Positions 7,572 through 15,233 of a DNA stretch of 19,286 nucleotides are shown piece by piece; positions within the stretch are counted from its first letter, which is position 1; each line of letters starts with the position of its first letter. The stretch comes from Candidatus Hadarchaeales archaeon (GTDB lineage: Archaea > Hadarchaeota > Hadarchaeia > Hadarchaeales > Hadarchaeaceae), in the NCBI GenBank assembly GCA_038851565.1, contig JAWCKV010000017.1:1-19286 (forward strand), in the 5' to 3' direction. The notes beneath the pieces are model-generated. The model ran no database searches and was not told the origin of the DNA. It saw only the letters and a list, made by a program, of their open reading frames with translations. The position numbers were made by a program, and so were the translations under genes.

Positions 7572-8960
7572 TCATCCACATTGTGAGAGGAGCATTTCCT
7601 CGAGTGAGGCCAGAAATTGTGTCACATTTTCCTCCGGCAGCTGGGCGCCGCAGGCCACAGCATGTCCCCCTCCTTCACCCCCGGCTTCCCTGGCGGCCCT
7701 GCGGAAGGCATGCCCCATGTCCAGCCCCCTGAGGAAGAGCAGCCTGGAGCATCTTCCCGAGATCCTGGTTACCCCGGACTCGCTTACCATCCCAACCAGC
7801 GGCCTGTATGGATCGCACATGCCGCTTCCCAGGACCACTCCCGTGAGCGTTCCCACCAGCATGCTCCTGACCGCGCCGCTGGCATCGAAGTACTGGAGAT
7901 AACCCCTCGGACCGGGTCTCAGCCCGTTTGCCTCCACGAACTCCATCCCCTTCGCAATCGATTTCCTCTGCAGCCTCACAATCTCCAGGGCCTCCGAGAG
8001 GCACTTCCCGCGGCCTCCCTTGGCTATCTCGAACCCTGTCATCGGCCGCTCCTGCCTTGCAGTTGAGTTCAGCCAGGTGGCGAATTCGTCCGCCCCTCTG
8101 AGGTGCGGAGAGCTTTCCGACTTCAGCGTGTAGGCCTCGCCCACTATCAGCCCGGGAACGTATCTGCTGAGTTCCCGTGGCACGGACATGTATGCCCTCA
8201 TGATGAGCTCCGTGGCCAACCTGCGCTTTTCGCTCCAGCTCAGATCGACCGGCCTTCTCCAGCGTCCGTTTTCCCTAATGGGAATCCTCAGCGCCCTCAA
8301 CATGTCCATGCACCCGGATGGAGAGTTGCTCACTCCCGGGATGAGGGGGTCGGTGAACATCTGAAGGGCTCTGGGCAGCGGTCTGGTGTGCCTTCCGTAC
8401 AGGAGGATGTCCAGCTCCCGCTCCACTGCCCCGCATTTCATGGCATCTTCGGCGATCTCCCTGTTCTTTCCGATGAGGCTCCCCCATGCGTCCTGCACGT
8501 CTCCTATCGCCCCAATCAGGGCCAGGACCGAGAGGCTCACGCTGGCCCCCATCCTCCTGGCGAGGAGGTAGGCCATCCCGGCCCCGCTTATCTCCCTGGC
8601 GCCGTCCATCATGTGGTGGTGCGCGTTTATGTGCACCAGCCCTCCCCAGCCGTCGCATGGCTCTGGGAAGTGGTGATCCAGTATTATCGCATCGCGTCCG
8701 GAGAACTTCTTCAGGTTTTCCATCTGCGAGCTTCCCAGGTCCGTGAAGATTGTCAGATCGGCTGGCTCAAGCTCTGCCACGTCCTCTCTGTAAAGCATCC
8801 TCACGAACCTGACCTCGTGCTCGACGCCGATCCCGTCTAGGGCGAGCGACATTATCGAGGCCGCGCATATCCCGTCAGCGTCGGTGTGGGATACTATCAG
8901 GACATCATCGTTCGCGTGTTCCCTTATCATCTCGATGCCTCTGGCCAGCAGCCTCTCCAT
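7572..8960 (-). CDS. recJ: RecJ/GAN-like DHH-family phosphoesterase (single-stranded DNA exonuclease family)
   Basis: SHTDADG, TDLGS, LDHH, EISGAG, GAIGD and the DHHA1 motif GGGH.VACG. Confidence 0.9.
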   Translation of the reverse strand: MERLLARGIEMIREHANDDVLIVSHTDADGICAASIMSLALDGIGVEHEVRFVRMLYREDVAELEPADLTIFTDLGSSQMENLKKFSGRDAIILDHHFPEPCDGWGGLVHINAHHHMMDGAREISGAGMAYLLARRMGASVSLSVLALIGAIGDVQDAWGSLIGKNREIAEDAMKCGAVERELDILLYGRHTRPLPRALQMFTDPLIPGVSNSPSGCMDMLRALRIPIRENGRWRRPVDLSWSEKRRLATELIMRAYMSVPRELSRYVPGLIVGEAYTLKSESSPHLRGADEFATWLNSTARQERPMTGFEIAKGGRGKCLSEALEIVRLQRKSIAKGMEFVEANGLRPGPRGYLQYFDASGAVRSMLVGTLTGVVLGSGMCDPYRPLVGMVSESGVTRISGRCSRLLFLRGLDMGHAFRRAAREAGGEGGGHAVACGAQLPEENVTQFLASLEEMLLSQCG

Positions 8961-9018
8961 CGGATCAGCCCGCTCAAACCTTTTTTATTCGCAGCCTTTA
9001 TGTAAAAAAGGTGGCGGC

Positions 9019-9198
9019 TTGCACATCCATCACGCTTACATGGGACTTGCCCTGATGGCGCTCAGCGCGCTGTCGGTCGCGTGCGGATTTCGCCCGCTGG
9101 GGGATCAGGGCACCTGGGTCGCGTGGGGAGTGTTCATGATCGGGCTTCTGGTGTTCATGCATGACGTGATCTGGCACATCACGCACCGCGAGAGATGA
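9019..9198 (+). CDS. Small two-helix membrane protein with an HIHH motif (59 aa)
   Basis: TTG 9019 lies 4 nt after GGTGG. Sequence MHIHHAYMG + hydrophobic helix + loop + hydrophobic helix + HDVIWHITH. The stop is 4 nt before the mtnA ATG. Confidence 0.65.
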   Translation: MHIHHAYMGLALMALSALSVACGFRPLGDQGTWVAWGVFMIGLLVFMHDVIWHITHRER

Positions 9199-9202
9199 TG
9201 GG

Positions 9203-10222
9203 ATGAGGACGATAGAGCTGAGGGGAAGGGAGGTCATGCTGATAGATCAGACCGCGCTCCCAGAAAAGGTGAAGTTTGTCAGGTGCAGGAGCGCGGAGGA
9301 TGTGGCTGAGGCGATAAGGAGCATGAGGATACGCGGTGCTCCGGCGCTGGCTGCAGCCGCCGGGATGGCAATCGCCCTTACAGCCATGCGCAGCCGGGCC
9401 AGAACTAGGGGGAACCTTCTGCGTGAGATCAGGAGGTCCGCCAAGCTTATAGAGAGCACCAGGCCGACCGCTGTGAACCTCTTCGTCGGGGTGAGAAGGG
9501 TGATGGAGGCCGTGGAGTCCGCAGGCAATGTTGAGGAGATGAGGAGGGCGGCGGTAGAGGAGGCGAAGAGGATCGCGGAGGAGGACGTGGAGACGAATGT
9601 GAAGATAGGCGAGAACGGAGCCAGGCTTCTCAGGGACGGCGACACGGTCATGACACACTGCAACGCGGGAGCGCTGGCGACGGTGGACTATGGAACGGCC
9701 CTCGGAGTCATACGTGCCGCCTGGAGGAGCGGGAAGAAGGTGAGTGTGATAGCATGCGAAACGAGGCCGCTGCTCCAGGGCGCGCGCCTCACGGCCTGGG
9801 AGCTCAAGAGGGATGGAATACCGGTAACGGTGATAACCGACAACATGGCCGGCGCGGTGATGAGGTCAGAGAGGATTTCGGCCGTCATAGTTGGGGCCGA
9901 CAGGATAGCCGCAAACGGGGACACTGCGAACAAGATAGGCACGTACTCCCTCGCAGTTCTCGCGAAGGAGCATGGGGTTCCCTTCTACGTGGCAGCCCCG
10001 ACGAGCACCATCGACATGAGCGTGGGGAAGGGAGAAGACATCCCTATCGAACACAGGAGTCCCGATGAGGTGAGATTCATAGGAGGGAAGAGGGTGGTTC
10101 CGGATGGGGTGCCGGTCATGAATCCAGCTTTCGATGTGACCCCGGCGTGGCTGATAAGCGCGATAATAACTGAGAGGGGCGTCGTGAGGCCGGGCGAGCT
10201 GAAGAAGCTGTTCAGGAGCTAG
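9203..10222 (+). CDS. mtnA: S-methyl-5-thioribose-1-phosphate isomerase (eIF-2B alpha/beta/delta family)
   Basis: LIDQTALP, IRGAPA, TRPTAVNL, THCNAGALAT..GTA, ETRP..QGARLTAWEL, GADRI..NGDTANKIGTY, NPAFDVTP. Confidence 0.93.
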   Translation: MRTIELRGREVMLIDQTALPEKVKFVRCRSAEDVAEAIRSMRIRGAPALAAAAGMAIALTAMRSRARTRGNLLREIRRSAKLIESTRPTAVNLFVGVRRVMEAVESAGNVEEMRRAAVEEAKRIAEEDVETNVKIGENGARLLRDGDTVMTHCNAGALATVDYGTALGVIRAAWRSGKKVSVIACETRPLLQGARLTAWELKRDGIPVTVITDNMAGAVMRSERISAVIVGADRIAANGDTANKIGTYSLAVLAKEHGVPFYVAAPTSTIDMSVGKGEDIPIEHRSPDEVRFIGGKRVVPDGVPVMNPAFDVTPAWLISAIITERGVVRPGELKKLFRS

Positions 10223-10446
10223 ACGGCCTCTACGCGCTTCACTTCAGGGATCTCCCTCTTGAGCTCCCTTTCGATGCCGAAGGCAAGCGTCATCGTGGAC
10301 ATCGGACATCCGGCGCAGGCACCAGCGAGTCGAACCCTGACAACGCCATCTTTCGTGACCTCGACCAGATCCACATCGCCTCCGTCAGCCTGAAGCGCGG
10401 CCCTTATCCTCGCAAGTCCCTTTTCCACCTTTTCCTTCAGTTCCAT
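10219..10446 (-). CDS. NifU-like (Nfu domain) Fe-S cluster carrier protein
   Basis: IR.AL..DGGDV.LV...V.VRL.GAC.GCP.S..TL..GIE. GGTGG RBS 4 nt upstream. Confidence 0.92.
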   Translation of the reverse strand: MELKEKVEKGLARIRAALQADGGDVDLVEVTKDGVVRVRLAGACAGCPMSTMTLAFGIERELKREIPEVKRVEAV

Positions 10447-10514
10447 GCGGCCACCAAAATCAGTTCACAGTTTCATTAATAAACATTCGGTCTGGCCGTT
10501 TCTCCCTCTCCAGC

Positions 10515-11798
10515 CTATGCCCCAAACTTCTCGCTCTTCCCCATAAGGTCTGCGATCGTCGGCATGAGGTCCTTGCCGCGTATCCTCCCCAGTCCCCCCT
10601 TCATGACAGATCTCTCGCCAAAGGTCTGGACTTCATCTGTCCTGACACCTGTGCCGCATATCAGCACTGGAACAGGGTCGCCGCTGTGGTTTTTTAGGCT
10701 GACCGGGGTGGTGTGGTCAACCACCACGGCGATGATGTCCACCGCGTCTATGAACTTGTTGAGCATGGCGTCGGTGCGCTCTATGAGCTCTATCTTCGCC
10801 CTCGCGTTGCCGTCGTGTCCCGCCTCGTCAAAGCCCTTCACGTGCAGCAGCACAAGATCGTGGTCCTCAAGGAGCTTCAGCGCAGCCTTGGCCTTCGCAT
10901 CCAGGTCTGTGTTTACCCCCCCTGTTGCCCCGGGCACGTCAACAACAGTCATCCCGGCAAGCCTGCATACCCCCTTGACCAGGGCCGCAGCGGCCACACA
11001 TCCTCCCCTGATGCCAAAGTTATCCTGGAACGGCTTCAGGTTCGGGACTATCCCGCCCCCCCTCAGGAGAACGAAGTTGGCAGGAGGCTGCCCCTGTTTT
11101 TCCCTTTCCAGGTTCAGCGGGTGTTTTTTGAGAACTTCATGGGCCTTTTCGGAGAACTCGTTGAGCAGCCTCGCGGTCTTCATCGCCCTGTTCCGCCTCA
11201 GGACGTACTTCCTCACCCCTCCGGCTATTATGGGATAGGCGGGCCCGGCGGTTTCCTCTCTTTCAAGAACGGGTTTCGCAGGGAGGGGCTTCTTTCCGAC
11301 ATCGTGCGGATCTGTGTCGCTTACCTCATGTGAAAGCCCTTCGCCCTTGAGCACAAGCGTGGCCCTGTGCCCGACGGTGCTCTTGAAGACGAACTTCGCG
11401 CCCGATAGCTTCACCTCCCTGTTTATGGCCTCAGCGAGGGGCTCGGTTCCCTGAATCCTCCCAGCCCTTCTGTCAGTGATCACCATGTTCCTGTCCACGG
11501 TTGCGTAGTTTGCCCTGAATGCGACATCGCCGGGTTTGAGGTCAATTCCAGCTCCGGCGGCCTCAAATGGGCCGCGTCCGGTGTACACCTCGTAGGGATC
11601 GTATCCGAGGATCGCGAGGTGGGCGGTGTCGCTTCCGGGAGGCACTCCGGGGGCTATCGTGTCCATCTGCCCGCATATCCCGTGCTTCGCCAGCCAGTCC
11701 ATGTTCGGCTTGTTCGCTATCTCCAGGGGGGTCTTGTTGGCTAGCTCATGAACCGGGCGGTCGGACATGCCGTCGCATATTAGCAGGAGCGTTTTCAT
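10515..11798 (-). CDS. apgM: 2,3-bisphosphoglycerate-independent phosphoglycerate mutase, archaeal type
   Basis: DGM.DRP, TPLE.A..PN.D, PGSDTAHL.ILGYDP, GRGPFEA.G, DRRAGRI, HVKG.DEAGHDG, DHTTP, H.GDPVP. Confidence 0.95.
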   Translation of the reverse strand: MKTLLLICDGMSDRPVHELANKTPLEIANKPNMDWLAKHGICGQMDTIAPGVPPGSDTAHLAILGYDPYEVYTGRGPFEAAGAGIDLKPGDVAFRANYATVDRNMVITDRRAGRIQGTEPLAEAINREVKLSGAKFVFKSTVGHRATLVLKGEGLSHEVSDTDPHDVGKKPLPAKPVLEREETAGPAYPIIAGGVRKYVLRRNRAMKTARLLNEFSEKAHEVLKKHPLNLEREKQGQPPANFVLLRGGGIVPNLKPFQDNFGIRGGCVAAAALVKGVCRLAGMTVVDVPGATGGVNTDLDAKAKAALKLLEDHDLVLLHVKGFDEAGHDGNARAKIELIERTDAMLNKFIDAVDIIAVVVDHTTPVSLKNHSGDPVPVLICGTGVRTDEVQTFGERSVMKGGLGRIRGKDLMPTIADLMGKSEKFGA

Positions 11799-11883
11799 CG
11801 TTCACCCTTTAATCTGGCTCCTTAAGTGCTCAAAAAGGTTGGGGTCAGGAAAGTAGAAATCCAGCCAGCGCCTATTTTATGTT

Positions 11884-11975
11884 GGGCCCGTGGCGCAGCC
11901 AGGACGGCGCGGCAAGTGGAAACACCCGCAAGGCTTCGGACCTGTAGGTCGTGGGTTCAAATCCCACCGGGCCCG
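11884..11975 (+). tRNA. tRNA-Arg(TCG) with a 17-nt non-canonical intron at position 29/30 (11915-11931)
   Basis: Acceptor GGGCCCG/CGGGCCC, D stem GCGC/GCGC, T arm GTGGG-TTCAAAT-CCCAC. Removing 11915-11931 restores the anticodon arm GCAGG-CT-TCG-GA-CCTGT. Full BHB motif at the junctions. CCA is not encoded. Confidence 0.9.
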
Positions 11976-12135
11976 TTTTTCCAATTGCGCATCAGTAAAT
12001 CCATTTGAACGGTTTTGCCCCAGGTTTGAAATCGAATCCGTCAGTTTCACAAGCCGGGGGAATTTTTGTTGCGGGTTCGAACAGTATTTTGGGATTCTAT
12101 ATATCCGAAAAGCGTGATACATAGTTCTGGTCAGG

Positions 12136-12954
12136 ATGCGGAGGAGCTACCGCCGGAGAAAACGGGCAATCAAGATGACGCGCGGGTTCACGGCTACAGC
12201 GCTCACGGCAGGGATAGTGATTTCCTTCCTCGCGGGTTTTCTCTCGGCATCCCTCCTGTACCGTACTGGAACAATGCACGCAGGCGGAGGGACGGTCTGG
12301 GCGGCCGAAAACACGTTCACGGCCTCCGTGCGCATAGCTGCGGTGAAGTCCGAGGGCGGCGGCATAATAACCACGCTGGAGGCCGAGGTGGGCCCCGGGA
12401 ACGGCAGGGTGCTAACAGATACGCATCCGCTTGTTGGCTTCGACTTTCAGTACGCAGACAGGACAGCCGTTAAGGTCGCATCGAGGATAACCGGCTATGC
12501 GCTCGATGACGACGGTGAGGGGCTGAAGGGCGCTGATATAATATACACGGTCAGGGCGCAGGGAACGATATATATCGAGGCCATTGACGGTCCCAGCGCG
12601 GGTGCAGCAACTACCGTGGCGACCATCGCTGCGATTCAGGGGAGAAAGGTCAGGGAAGATGTGGTGATAACTGGGACGATAAATGAGGACGGATCTATCG
12701 GGGCTGTGGGCGGCATACTTGACAAGGCGACGGCAGCAAGCGAAAGCGGCGCCTCCCTTTTTCTGGTCCCGGAGGGACAGAGCAGGGTGACCGTTTACAG
12801 GGAGGTCGTGAAACAGGTTGGCCCCTGGAGGTGGGTGACATATGAGCCGGTGCTCCTGGACCTCAATGAGTACGCTGAGAACGCTGGCTGGAGCATGAGA
12901 ATTCAGGAAGTTTCCACGATAGAGGAAGCGATAAACCTCATGATAGAGGATTGA
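12136..12954 (+). CDS. Membrane-anchored Lon-like S16 serine protease (proteolytic domain only, no AAA+ domain)
   Basis: Basic N-terminus plus TM segment. Catalytic Ser motif IDGPSAGAA, ITGTINEDGSIG.VGGI..KA (Lys of the dyad), FLVPEGQ, EV..I.EA. TATATAT at 12098-12104 is a plausible TATA box. Confidence 0.88.
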   Translation: MRRSYRRRKRAIKMTRGFTATALTAGIVISFLAGFLSASLLYRTGTMHAGGGTVWAAENTFTASVRIAAVKSEGGGIITTLEAEVGPGNGRVLTDTHPLVGFDFQYADRTAVKVASRITGYALDDDGEGLKGADIIYTVRAQGTIYIEAIDGPSAGAATTVATIAAIQGRKVREDVVITGTINEDGSIGAVGGILDKATAASESGASLFLVPEGQSRVTVYREVVKQVGPWRWVTYEPVLLDLNEYAENAGWSMRIQEVSTIEEAINLMIED

Positions 12955-12990
12955 TTCATTTTCTTATCCCATGATGGCTCAGTTCTATTT

Positions 12991-13064
12991 GGGCCGGTAG
13001 TCTAGCCTGGACAGGACGCGGGCCTCCGGAGCCTGCAGCACGGGTTCGAATCCCGTCCGGCCCG
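12991..13064 (+). tRNA. tRNA-Arg(CCG), intronless
   Basis: Acceptor GGGCCGG/CCGGCCC, anticodon arm CGGGC-CT-CCG-GA-GCCTG (CCG at 13026-13028), T arm ACGGG-TTCGAAT-CCCGT. Confidence 0.95.
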
Positions 13065-13067
13065 CCT
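13056..13067 (+). repeat. att-like direct repeat copy 1 (3' end of tRNA-Arg CCG)
   Basis: TCCGGCCCGCCT, identical to 15222-15233. Confidence 0.7.
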
Positions 13068-13636
13068 CACTGACGAAGCATTTCCAGGACCTTTCTCCTA
13101 AAGTCGCTCCCGTATTTTTTCAGGTACTTCTCCAGCTTCCCGCGGTCCACCCTTTTCCTGAACTCTGGGGTGCTCTCCTTTAGCTCCCCGAAGTAAACCA
13201 TGTCTATGAGCGTCTTCTCCACATCGCTCACGGGCAGGAGAAACTCTCCGCTGGCCAAGTAATCGTAGCCGAAGAAGTACTTTGGAGAAATCCTCCTGAC
13301 CAGCACGTTCTGCCCAAGGACTTTTCTCAAACCGGGCCGAACTTTTCTGGCCGTCACGATTACTGGGTTAGTCTCCTGCTCCCACAGGTTGTGAAAACTC
13401 ATCGCATCCTGCAGGCCTATGTAAGCTGGCTTCATGCAATAAACGAGGAGGGAGGCATCCTCATGCGCTGTGTAATAGCCCCTCGTTATCCTCCTTATCT
13501 CCCCTCTCTTCAGGAGATGGTTCACGATGACATAAGCATACCTCTGATCAGGAACGAGCGCCGATATCGAGCCTATGCTGGCAACCGGCGTTCTCTTGAT
13601 GTACTCTCTGATTTTATCGATGTATTTGCCGCTCAT
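13067..13636 (-). CDS. abiEi: AbiEi-family type IV antitoxin / transcriptional regulator
   Basis: N-terminal wHTH-like HLLKRGEIRRITRGYY, then PAYIGLQDAMSFHNL..Q and VSDVEKTLID of the AbiEi C-terminal domain. ATG 13636 overlaps the toxin stop (ATGA); alternative start 13645. Confidence 0.8.
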   Translation of the reverse strand: MSGKYIDKIREYIKRTPVASIGSISALVPDQRYAYVIVNHLLKRGEIRRITRGYYTAHEDASLLVYCMKPAYIGLQDAMSFHNLWEQETNPVIVTARKVRPGLRKVLGQNVLVRRISPKYFFGYDYLASGEFLLPVSDVEKTLIDMVYFGELKESTPEFRKRVDRGKLEKYLKKYGSDFRRKVLEMLRQ

Positions 13637-14283
13637 TTGGCCCACCTTCTGATGTATTCAATGATATCTCTACTGGTTGGAACAGCCCCAAAAATCACAA
13701 GCGTTCTGAGCTCTCTTTCGTCTACGGGTTCCTCGTATTCCTCCAAAAGCTTCACGAGATCAGGCTTCACTTTTTCAGCACTCATCACATGTCTGAGCAA
13801 AAAAAAGATGTCGTACAAATCCCGGATCTTCCTCCTCTTGAGATAGGCGGCGATTTTTTCGGCTATCATCTCTTCTGGCAGCAGCGTAAAAACGTTGAAC
13901 AGAACGCCCTCGTAAGTTTCGTATTCTCTTACAACGCCCTTAACGGCTTGGAACAGCGCTTCCAGCCTGATTTCGGTTTCACCGAAACTCAGCACAGAGT
14001 AGAGGGAATTTTTAGTTACTCTCTTTTTGGCAACTTCGAAGCCTGCCCTTTTCAGCTCTTCAAACAGCCTGTCGAGCGCCTTGACGTCTTTTTTCATGTA
14101 GACATCGACATCCTCTGAGAATCTGTTTCCTGAGTAGCAGCGCCAGATGGCAGTTCCGCCGTGCAGCACGCTTTTCGGGAACACCCTGTATAGAGTTTCC
14201 ACTACCATGTCCTGTAACTTCGCGATTTCCCTGTGTTTTTCTCGCCTGATCCTTCGGTGTAATGGGACCTTTTTTTCCTTCAT
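13633..14283 (-). CDS. abiEii: AbiEii/DUF1814-family nucleotidyltransferase toxin
   Basis: LHGGTAI, RFSEDVD, AEKIAA and KIRDLYD motifs are all intact. Confidence 0.9.
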   Translation of the reverse strand: MKEKKVPLHRRIRREKHREIAKLQDMVVETLYRVFPKSVLHGGTAIWRCYSGNRFSEDVDVYMKKDVKALDRLFEELKRAGFEVAKKRVTKNSLYSVLSFGETEIRLEALFQAVKGVVREYETYEGVLFNVFTLLPEEMIAEKIAAYLKRRKIRDLYDIFFLLRHVMSAEKVKPDLVKLLEEYEEPVDERELRTLVIFGAVPTSRDIIEYIRRWAK

Positions 14284-14300
14284 GGGGCGTCCTAAGATGC

Positions 14301-14340
14301 AATTAACTTAACTTATAAATAAATATATGTTTGGTTGATT
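14301..14340 (-). promoter_or_regulatory. Promoter of the abiEii-abiEi operon with an overlapping imperfect inverted repeat (candidate operator)
   Basis: TTTATAAG on - (14312-14319) lies ~30 nt upstream of ATG 14283. Arms 14301-14317 and 14324-14340 match at 13/17 positions as an inverted repeat with a 6-nt spacer. Confidence 0.5.
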
Positions 14341-14635
14341 CTACTTTGAGCGACCTCGGCAAGGCTCTAACCCGTTTGAGGGCGAACACTCTGCGGCCAG
14401 CAGCCGCCCGGGAGCGTTTATCGCTTTTCCGGGCTACAAAACCACCTTCATCCTCGACCGCGGGACATCCAAAGACCTCTAGCACGCCCACGCTTTTAGC
14501 TCTCCTTATGAGGTAAGTCTCGTGCAGCTTTTTGCACCGTTCGATCGCGCTGACGACATTGAGCTAGTTCAGCTCGCTCCTGTCGGACCTTGCGAGTTTG
14601 TTGATGATGGCTTCACAACCTCTTTTTTCCTCCAG
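14303..14635 (-). pseudogene. Possible decayed gene of unknown family
   Basis: Frame LEEKRGCEAIINKLARSDRSELN*LNVVSAIERCKKLHETYLIRR... has one in-frame TAG (14564-14566) and continues into track ORF 14303..14491. No recognisable family motif. Confidence 0.25.
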
Positions 14636-14649
14636 CGTGTCCCCCTGTG

Positions 14650-15170
14650 CTGGGGACGATTCGGAAGGATGAGCGGAGTTCCCTTTAATCGATAGGCAAC
14701 ATATAGTTTGTAGAGCTTGATTTTTCTGTCTTTCGAGGCGTCTCAGAGGAAGAACACATCATACAGGCCGCAAACCTTTTTCCCGCCTGATAGGACTCCT
14801 GCTGAAGGTGGACCGGCAAAGTGCAAACACTCAGGAGGTTTCCATCTGATGTCTCGTACTCTGTGGGTACCCGTTGATTCGCCGGAACAACGCCTCAAAC
14901 CTGATTTTAACATCACCGAACTAAGCGGGTCCTTGGCTGCTCTTTTTGGAGGTCACGTCTGCTGAGCTTGAACATTCGATTTTTCTTGATTTTCCACGTA
15001 AACGTCGATGTCCTCCGGGAATCGGTTTCTCGAGTAACAGCGCCAGACTGCCGTGCACAGGGGGGGGTGCTGTTGGGAAAGAGGGATGAAAAGCTCTCAA
15101 CGGTGTCCTGTGCGATGGTAAGTTTTTTGTGGTACCTTCTTCTCATTTAACTCAAGGGCCCTGTTCTCGT
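14650..15170 (-). pseudogene. Frameshifted, degenerate second copy of the AbiEii-family nucleotidyltransferase
   Basis: Fragments in shifting frames align colinearly with the intact toxin: IAQDTVE~KLQDMVVE, TAVWRCYSRNRFPEDIDVY~TAIWRCYSGNRFSEDVDVY, FGDVKIRFEALF~FGETEIRLEALF, EYETSDGNLLSVCTLP~EYETYEGVLFNVFTLLP, KVCGLYDVFFL*~KIRDLYDIFFLL, PID*RELR~PVDERELR. Confidence 0.85.
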
Positions 15171-15221
15171 TTTATTAGCAGTGAACTGATCATTTGTAAG
15201 TCTGGCAAATCAAGTCGTTTC

Positions 15222-15233
15222 TCCGGCCCGCCT
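15222..15233 (+). repeat. att-like direct repeat copy 2
   Basis: TCCGGCCCGCCT, immediately abutting the stop codon of the gene at 15234..16334. Confidence 0.7.

Larger units (their letters stand above)
13056..15233. mobile_element. Integrase-less genomic islet/remnant at the 3' end of tRNA-Arg(CCG), carrying an AbiE-type TA module and pseudogenes
   Basis: Bounded by the exact direct repeat TCCGGCCCGCCT (13056-13067 and 15222-15233). Visibly more AT-rich than its flanks. Cargo is defence/TA genes and decayed genes. Confidence 0.65.

Noticed and set aside
5933..8840. Long antisense ORFs within lig and recJ (367 aa, 245 aa and others)
   Set aside because: Shadows of well-supported genes with no independent signals.
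12068..12085. GCGGGTTCGAAC resembling a T-loop (possible att remnant or split tRNA half)
   Set aside because: No complementary T-stem or acceptor strand follows, and it does not match the neighbouring tRNA ends beyond the loop.
11826..12122. Short ORFs overlapping tRNA-Arg(TCG)
   Set aside because: Explained by the tRNA and intergenic DNA. The same applies to 16176..16805 and 18583..18948 over tRNA-Gln and tRNA-Leu.
14564..14566. In-frame TAG as a possible pyrrolysine codon
   Set aside because: It lies in a decaying islet beside a frameshifted pseudogene. No pyl genes or methyltransferase homology are visible.
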